Assembly (NCBI GenBank): GCA_947169825.1
Contig: CAMVRE010000003.1
Location: 1 to 59,845 of the forward strand
Direction of reading: 5' to 3'
DNA length: 59,845 bases
From: an uncultured Verrucomicrobiota bacterium
Lineage (GTDB): Bacteria > Verrucomicrobiota > Kiritimatiellia > RFP12 > UBA3636
The notes beneath the pieces were generated by a model. That model did not search any database. It was not told the origin of the DNA and was given only the letters and a program-made list of their open reading frames with translations. Of this stretch, positions 53,546-59,845 are shown piece after piece. The position numbers and the translations under genes are program-made. How positions within the stretch are numbered: position 1 is the first letter of the stretch; each line of letters begins with the position of its first letter.

Positions 53546-55885
53546 CTAGTTGTCGAAGCCGATCCAGAAGACGAAGTTGCGCTTGCGGGCGTAGTCGTCC
53601 GGCGCGTCGATGATGTGGGAGTAGTCGAGGCGGATCGGGAATCCGACGAAGTCGAAGCGCAGGCCGCCGCCGCAGGTCGTCGCGAGATCCCCGAGGTCCC
53701 AGTCCCACGCGTCGGCCCAGACGTTGCCCACGTCGTAGAACGCGGCGAGGCGGATCTTCTCGATGATCGGGAGCGAGAGCTCGGCCGTGCCCCAGAGCAT
53801 CGACTGGCCGCCGACGGGCGAATAGTCGCCCTCGTAGTCGAGCGAGAGCGCCTTGGGGCCGATCGCGCGGTGGCGGAAGCCGCGGATGTAGCGCCCGCCG
53901 CCGAGGAAGTAGCGCGAGCCGATCGGGACCTCGTCGCCGCCGATGCCGTCCACCGTCGCGGCGCGGCCGGAGAACGAGAGCAGGAACCCGAACGGAAGCG
54001 TGAAGTAGGTGTAGGCCCTGGCGTTGGCCTCGTAGAAGTCGTATTCGGAGCCGAACGCGGCGCTGTAGAGCTTGGCGTGGGCGGTGGCGCGCGTGCCGCG
54101 GCGCGGGACGAGCGGCTGGTCGCGCGTGTCGTAGGTCCACGAGAGGCGCAGGGAGCCGAGCAGGTACTTGTCGTCCTCGTCGAGGAAGGAGAACTCCCTC
54201 TCCGGGTCGTCCGCGAGGACGAAGCGCTCGTGCGTCACGTCGTCGAGCGTCACGTATTCCAGCCCGTATTCGAGCCCGACGCGCCCGACCCACGGAACCA
54301 TCTTGGAGAGTCCGACCGAGCCGCCGACGCGGCGCTCCTCGTATTCGTTGAACTCGCGGTTGTGGATGAAGAGATCGGTGTCGAGGGAGAGCCGGCGGTC
54401 GAGGAACCAGGGCTCGACGAACGAGATGTCCAGGTCGGTCGAGTCCGAGGCGACCGTGAGGTCGAGGCGCGCCTTCTGCCCGCCGCCGCGGAAGGAGGGC
54501 CAGTTGAAGAGGTCGAAGTTGGACTGCGAGACCTGGAACATGCCGATGAGGTGGTCCACGGACGAGAAGCCCGCGCCGAACATGATCGAGCCGGTGCGCT
54601 TCTCGTCCACGTCGTAGAACAGGTCCGCCCAGCCCTCGCCGGCGGGCGAGTCGTAGACGCGGACGTCCTCGAAGTAGCCGAGGTTCATGAGGCGGCGGCG
54701 CGAGCGCTCGGCGGCGACGGCGTCGTAGGGCTTCCCGGGATCCACCACCGTCTCGCGGCGGATCACCTTGTCCTTCGTGATCGTGTTGCCGCGGACGTTC
54801 ACGGAGCGGACGCGGACGAGCGGACCCTCCTGGACGCGGAAGACGAGGTCGAGGACGTGCGGCGCGGCGGCCGAGGGCGTCGTCGTGAGCGTGACGGTCG
54901 TCCCCGGATAGCCGCGCGAGCCGAAGTGCTCCTGCACCGTCTTGCGCGCCTCCTCCATCGCGGCGGCGCCGGCGACGTCGCCGGCGCGGACCGGGAGCTC
55001 GCGGCGCAGGTCGGCCTCGGGGAAGAGCGTGACGCCCTCGAACGCGATCGAGCCGACATGGTAGACGGGGCCCTCGACCACGTCGTAGGAGACCTTCAGG
55101 CGGCGGCCGTCGCGCGCCTTGCGGGGCTCGGAGACCGTCGCGTCGAGGTAGCCGGCGTCGAGATACTGGCGGCGGGCGTCGCCCGCGACGGCGTCGAGGT
55201 CCACGTCGGAGAGGCGCGGCGTGTAGACCCAGGACTGCGGGTTGTACCAGTCGTGCTGCTGGGCGTAGCGGCCGAGCGACTCCTCGGGGATCGCCTTCGC
55301 GCCGGGGAACGCGAGGAAGTCCGCGCGGCACTTCTCGCCCTCCTCCACGGCGAAGACCGCGTAGGCGGCGCCGGGGTTGCCCGGGACGGGCTCGAGCCGC
55401 GGCGTCACCCGGACGTCGAAGAAGCGGCGCTTCACGTAGAGCTCGCGCAGCTTCGCCGCGGCGGCGCCGAGCACGTCGCCGTCCACGAGGTCGCCGGGCT
55501 TGAGGTCGAGCGCCTTGAGGGCGGCGGAGCGGCCGACGCGGTCGCGGCCCTCGAACGTCGGCTCCGCGGCGAGCGTGCGGCGCGGGAGCACGGTGAAGAC
55601 CAGGTCCGCGCCGCCGCCGGGCGAGGGCTCGGTCGTGGCCTGCACGTCGGTGAAGCGGCGCGAGTCGAGAAGCGCGCGGACGTCCTCCGCGACGGTCGCC
55701 GGATCGAGCGGCTCGCCGACGCGGGAGCCGAGGTAGGAGCGGACGACGGTCTCGTCGAACGGGGCCTCCCCGCGTGCGCGGAGGAGGATGCGCGAGACCT
55801 TGGCCGCGCCGGGCGCGGGTTCGGCGGGCGCGGCGGCGGCGGCGAGCGCGAGCGGCAGGGCGAGGAGGAGGGCGGGGATGCGCAT
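53546..55885 (-). CDS. bamA: Outer membrane protein assembly factor
   Basis: Signal peptide, POTRA repeats (VRGNTITKDKVIRRE..NLGYFEDV), GSIMFGAGFSS, IRGF (VRGF lid motif) and AAFYDVGNVW. Confidence 0.92.
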   Translation of the reverse strand: MRIPALLLALPLALAAAAAPAEPAPGAAKVSRILLRARGEAPFDETVVRSYLGSRVGEPLDPATVAEDVRALLDSRRFTDVQATTEPSPGGGADLVFTVLPRRTLAAEPTFEGRDRVGRSAALKALDLKPGDLVDGDVLGAAAAKLRELYVKRRFFDVRVTPRLEPVPGNPGAAYAVFAVEEGEKCRADFLAFPGAKAIPEESLGRYAQQHDWYNPQSWVYTPRLSDVDLDAVAGDARRQYLDAGYLDATVSEPRKARDGRRLKVSYDVVEGPVYHVGSIAFEGVTLFPEADLRRELPVRAGDVAGAAAMEEARKTVQEHFGSRGYPGTTVTLTTTPSAAAPHVLDLVFRVQEGPLVRVRSVNVRGNTITKDKVIRRETVVDPGKPYDAVAAERSRRRLMNLGYFEDVRVYDSPAGEGWADLFYDVDEKRTGSIMFGAGFSSVDHLIGMFQVSQSNFDLFNWPSFRGGGQKARLDLTVASDSTDLDISFVEPWFLDRRLSLDTDLFIHNREFNEYEERRVGGSVGLSKMVPWVGRVGLEYGLEYVTLDDVTHERFVLADDPEREFSFLDEDDKYLLGSLRLSWTYDTRDQPLVPRRGTRATAHAKLYSAAFGSEYDFYEANARAYTYFTLPFGFLLSFSGRAATVDGIGGDEVPIGSRYFLGGGRYIRGFRHRAIGPKALSLDYEGDYSPVGGQSMLWGTAELSLPIIEKIRLAAFYDVGNVWADAWDWDLGDLATTCGGGLRFDFVGFPIRLDYSHIIDAPDDYARKRNFVFWIGFDN

Positions 55886-55932
55886 GGGGAAGAGGGGATC
55901 GGCGTTCCGCGCGGAATGCGGGAACGCGCGCC

Positions 55933-55961
55933 ATTCTACACGTTTCCCCGGGCGCGGGCAA
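55933..55961 (-). promoter_or_regulatory. Promoter of bamA
   Basis: TTGCCC, 17 bp, TAGAAT on the minus strand. Confidence 0.6.
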
Positions 55962-55991
55962 CCCCGCGCCGCGCGACGGGGGTCCGGCGGG

Positions 55992-56992
<1,001 letters not shown>

Positions 56993-56996
<4 letters not shown>

Positions 56997-58045
56997 TCGG
57001 CGGGGGCGGCGGGCTTGCGGAAGAGGCCGAGCGGACCCTTCTTCTCGAGCGAGGCGAGGCGGTCGGCGATCTTGCCGCAGACGTCCTGGCGGACGCACTC
57101 GGCGGAGACGCGGATCGCGTGGTAGATCGCGTTGTGGGAGGAGGCGCCGTGGGTGATGATGACGGTGCCGTTGACGCCCAGCAGGGGCGCGCCGCCGTAG
57201 GTCTCGGGGTCCATCAGCGACTTGAGGTCGCGGAAGGCGCCCTTGAGGAGGAGCGCGCCGATCTTGCGGATCGTCTTGCGCAGGAACTCGCGCTTGAGGA
57301 AGAGCTTGATCGCGCGGGCCTCGCTCTCGATCGTCTTGAGGACGACGTTGCCGACGAACCCGTCGGCGACGCAGACGTCCATCTCGCCCTTGAACAGGTC
57401 GTGCCCCTCGACGTTGCCCATGAAGTTCACGAGCGGGTTCTTCGCGAGCAGCTCGTGCGTCTCCTTCGTGGCGGCGTTGCCCTTCTCGGGCTCGGTGCCG
57501 ATGGAGAGCAGCCCCACGCGCGGGTTCTCGCGGCCGAGGATGGCGCCGGCGTAGATGCCGCCCATCACGGCGAACTGCTCGAGCTCGTGCGGCGTGCAGT
57601 CGACCGTCGCGCCCATGTCGAGGAGCAGGTAGGGCTTGCCGACGGACGGCAGGATCGTGCCGATCGCGGGGCGCTTGAGGGACTTCACGCGGCCGACGAA
57701 GAGCAGGGCCGCGGCGACCATCGCGCCGGTGTTGCCGGCGGAGAGGAACGCGTCCGCCTCCTTGTGGCGGAGCATCTCCATGCCGCGGACGATCGACGAG
57801 TCGCGCTTGGCGCGCACGGCGTGCGCGGGCGCCTCGCCCATCTCGATGGCCTGCGTGGTGTGGAAGACGCGGATGCGGCCGGGCTCCTCCGCGGCGCCGT
57901 TGGCGGCGAGCTCGCGGCGGACGGCGGCCTCGTCTCCGAGCAGGACGATCTCCAGCTCGGGCCAGGCGCGGGACGCCTCGACGGCGCCCCGGACGATCTC
58001 GCGGGGGGCGAAGTCGCCCCCCATGGCGTCAACGGCGATGCGCAT
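56993..58045 (-). CDS. plsX: Phosphate acyltransferase
   Basis: IAVDAMGGDFAP, SAGNTGA, RPAI, DMGA, GNVEG.D, DGFVGNVVLK and GGAPLLG motifs. GGAGG SD. Confidence 0.97.
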
Positions 58046-58087
58046 GGGGCGGGTTCCTCCGGAAGGGGGGCTCGGCGCGGCGGCGCG

Positions 58088-58276
58088 CTAGTCCTTGGCG
58101 GTGTCGACGGTGACGACCTGGCGCCCGCGGTACTTCCCGCAGGAGGGGCACGCGCGGTGCGTCTGCATGGGGGCGCCGCACTCGGGGCAGGTCGTCGTCG
58201 CGGCGATCTCCGCCTTCTTCTGCGCCTTGCGCATGCGGACCTTCATCTTGGATTTCTTGCGTTTGGGGACGGCCAT
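58088..58276 (-). CDS. rpmF: 50S ribosomal protein L32
   Basis: MAVPKRKKSK..CPECG..HRACPSCGKY. Confidence 0.97.
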   Translation of the reverse strand: MAVPKRKKSKMKVRMRKAQKKAEIAATTTCPECGAPMQTHRACPSCGKYRGRQVVTVDTAKD

Positions 58277-58279
58277 GGC

Positions 58280-58804
58280 CTAGCTCCTTCGGGTTTTGGG
58301 TTTGCGGGTTCGGGGTTTCTTCGGGGCATCCGGGGGCGCAGGTTGTTCGTGAGTCGTACCCCCGGAAAGGGCGTCGAGCGCGGACCAGGGGCTCGCGGCC
58401 CCGTCGTCCGCCTCCCCGGCGTCCTCCGCGAGCGGCCGCGGGGGGCGGCAGTCGTCGGAGCAGACCGGGTTGTTCGGAAGGGCAAGGAGGATACTCTCGC
58501 GCAGTTCGGAAGTCAAGTCCACGTCGGTCTCGTCCGGCGCGACCTCGCGGGAGATCGTCACCTCGTCGCCGTAGACGCGGGAGAGCGGCCCGCCGCAGCG
58601 GCAGCAGGTGCCCTCGAAGAGCGCCTCGGCGCGCCCGCGGACGAGCAGCTCCGTCCCGAAGAGCTGCGCCTCGAGGCGCCAGCGCATTGGGCCGGCGGGC
58701 CGGACGACGTCGCGCGGCGAGGGGGGCCACTCGAGGACCTCCTTCGGGTCCTGCCCCTCGAAGCGCGCCCCGTCGGGGCCGAGCCTGGAGACCGGGAGGA
58801 TCAC
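58280..58804 (-). CDS. yceD: YceD/DUF177 family protein
   Basis: C.RC..DLTSELRESILLALP..PVC..DC..PWSAL motifs. GTGA-coupled to coaD, in the canonical position before rpmF. Confidence 0.85.
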   Translation of the reverse strand: MILPVSRLGPDGARFEGQDPKEVLEWPPSPRDVVRPAGPMRWRLEAQLFGTELLVRGRAEALFEGTCCRCGGPLSRVYGDEVTISREVAPDETDVDLTSELRESILLALPNNPVCSDDCRPPRPLAEDAGEADDGAASPWSALDALSGGTTHEQPAPPDAPKKPRTRKPKTRRS

Positions 58805-59328
58805 GGCGCGCGGCCCTTCCCCTCCAGGCGCGTGAGGACGACCTTGCGCTCGATGTGGCGCTGGACCTCGGGCGGGACGAACCGCGACGTGTCGCCCGCG
58901 TAGGAGGCGATCTCGCGGACGATCGAGCTGGAGACGTAGGAGTGGTCCTCGCGGGGCATGAGGAAGAACGTCTCGATCTCGGGCGCGAGCTTGCGGTTGG
59001 TGAGCGCCATCTGGAACTCGTACTCGAAGTCGCTGTAGGCGCGGAGGCCGCGAAGGACGACGCGTGCGCCGATCGAGCGGCAGAAGTCGACGAGCATGCC
59101 CTCCATCACGCGGACCTCGACGTTGCCGAGCGCGCGCGTGGCCTCGCGGGCCATCTCGACGCGCTCCGCGCAGGAGAAGAGCGCGCCGGGCTTCCACTGG
59201 CCGGCGGCGACGGCGAGGACGACCCGCTCGAAGATGCCGCTCGCGCGCTCGACCAGGTCGAGGTGGCCGAGCGTGAGCGGGTCGAACGACCCGGGGTAGA
59301 CGATGAGACCGGAGGAGGTGTTCTTCAC
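58801..59328 (-). CDS. coaD: Phosphopantetheine adenylyltransferase
   Basis: YPGSFDPLTLGHLD, RGLRAYSDFEYE and SSSIVREIA motifs. GTG start at 59328. Confidence 0.96.
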   Translation of the reverse strand: MKNTSSGLIVYPGSFDPLTLGHLDLVERASGIFERVVLAVAAGQWKPGALFSCAERVEMAREATRALGNVEVRVMEGMLVDFCRSIGARVVLRGLRAYSDFEYEFQMALTNRKLAPEIETFFLMPREDHSYVSSSIVREIASYAGDTSRFVPPEVQRHIERKVVLTRLEGKGRAP

Positions 59329-59339
59329 GACGGGCGCGG

Positions 59340-59369
59340 ATTCTACTGCAAACCGCCCCCGCGCCGCAA
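59340..59369 (-). promoter_or_regulatory. Promoter of the coaD-yceD-rpmF-plsX-fabH operon
   Basis: TTGCGG, 18 bp, TAGAAT, with the GTG 11 nt later. Confidence 0.6.
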
Positions 59370-59575
59370 GGGCCAGTGCCCTGGACATCCCCATTTTTCC
59401 TGCGCCCGGACTCTGGGCGGAGCTCGGGGCTCCTTCTCGGTTCGTTCTCCTTCCTGCTCTGGTCACGGCGGCGGGGATCGCGAATGCCGGGCCGCACGCC
59501 CACGCCCGCTCCGGCTTCGCCGTCCGGTCCGAGTTGCGGCTCCGGGCATGCTCCGGACGGCGACGCCGATGGTCG

Positions 59576-59652
59576 ATTCCACCGTGCGTGATTTTCACGT
59601 ATTTATCCGCTCTGGAAGTGCAGATAATGCAGAACATCACGCACGGTGAAAT
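59576..59652. other. Long imperfect inverted repeat in an AT-richer intergenic patch
   Basis: Perfect core CACCGTGCGTGAT (59580-59592) / ATCACGCACGGTG (59636-59648), extendable to about 21 bp with 2 mismatches. Confidence 0.7.
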
Positions 59653-59845
59653 TGCAGCATGACCCGACGTCATAGGTTCTCCGACCGTGTTGCAGATTCG
59701 CGGGCGGAGGCGGCCGGAGCAAGAGGCGGAGGGCTGGCCGCCGTGAACTCGCGCAGGATTCCGCCCCCTCCTGCGGTAGCGTGGCGGGGTGCGCGGGAGG
59801 CGCGCGACGGCGACGGGGGCTGCGGCGGCCGCGCCGATGCCGGGC

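Noticed and set aside
59616-59643. dif-like site (AGTGCAGATAA-TGCAGA resembles a XerC arm plus spacer)
   Set aside because: The right arm does not resemble the conserved XerD arm TTATGTTAAAT.
59810-59845. GGGGGCTG as a possible tmRNA or tRNA 5' end
   Set aside because: The following bases do not give a D-loop or GGxTTCGAC pattern, and the window ends too soon to judge.

Overview
High-GC bacterial DNA from a diderm (bamA present). The gene content and the style of the secreted proteins suggest a PVC-superphylum organism such as Kiritimatiellae, but that is an inference. From left to right: (1) the 3' part of a very large secreted multidomain protein; (2) an ABC glycan exporter (wzm/wzt) whose ATPase carries a degenerate three-repeat DUF5648-type module where the usual Wzt carbohydrate-binding domain would be; (3) a ~25.5 kb same-strand array of seven secreted modular proteins (two LRR/BspA-like, two C10 cysteine peptidases, a lipase-fold hydrolase, a GGSYGSS-repeat protein and a beta-helix protein), all carrying the same DUF5648 triple repeat, five of them followed by a further shared ~110-aa C-terminal domain, with a TMTC-like GT-C/TPR/SGNH gene in the middle of the array; (4) a ~21 kb polysaccharide biosynthesis block (GT9-like, giant multi-GT, GT2, three RgpF-like, a GT-C, two polyprenol-P sugar synthases, three cytidylyltransferases, an FGGY kinase and a UGM-like flavoprotein); (5) the housekeeping run coaD-yceD-rpmF-plsX-fabH-bamA. 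The main hypothesis is a glycan-anchored surface-display system in which DUF5648 recognises the exported glycan. Twelve sigma70-like promoters (TTG-N3, 17-18 bp spacer, TAGAAT-type -10) can be read by eye, and many imply leaderless mRNAs. No rRNA, tRNA, CRISPR array or transposase was seen. Family assignments come from motif recognition by eye, not from database searches.
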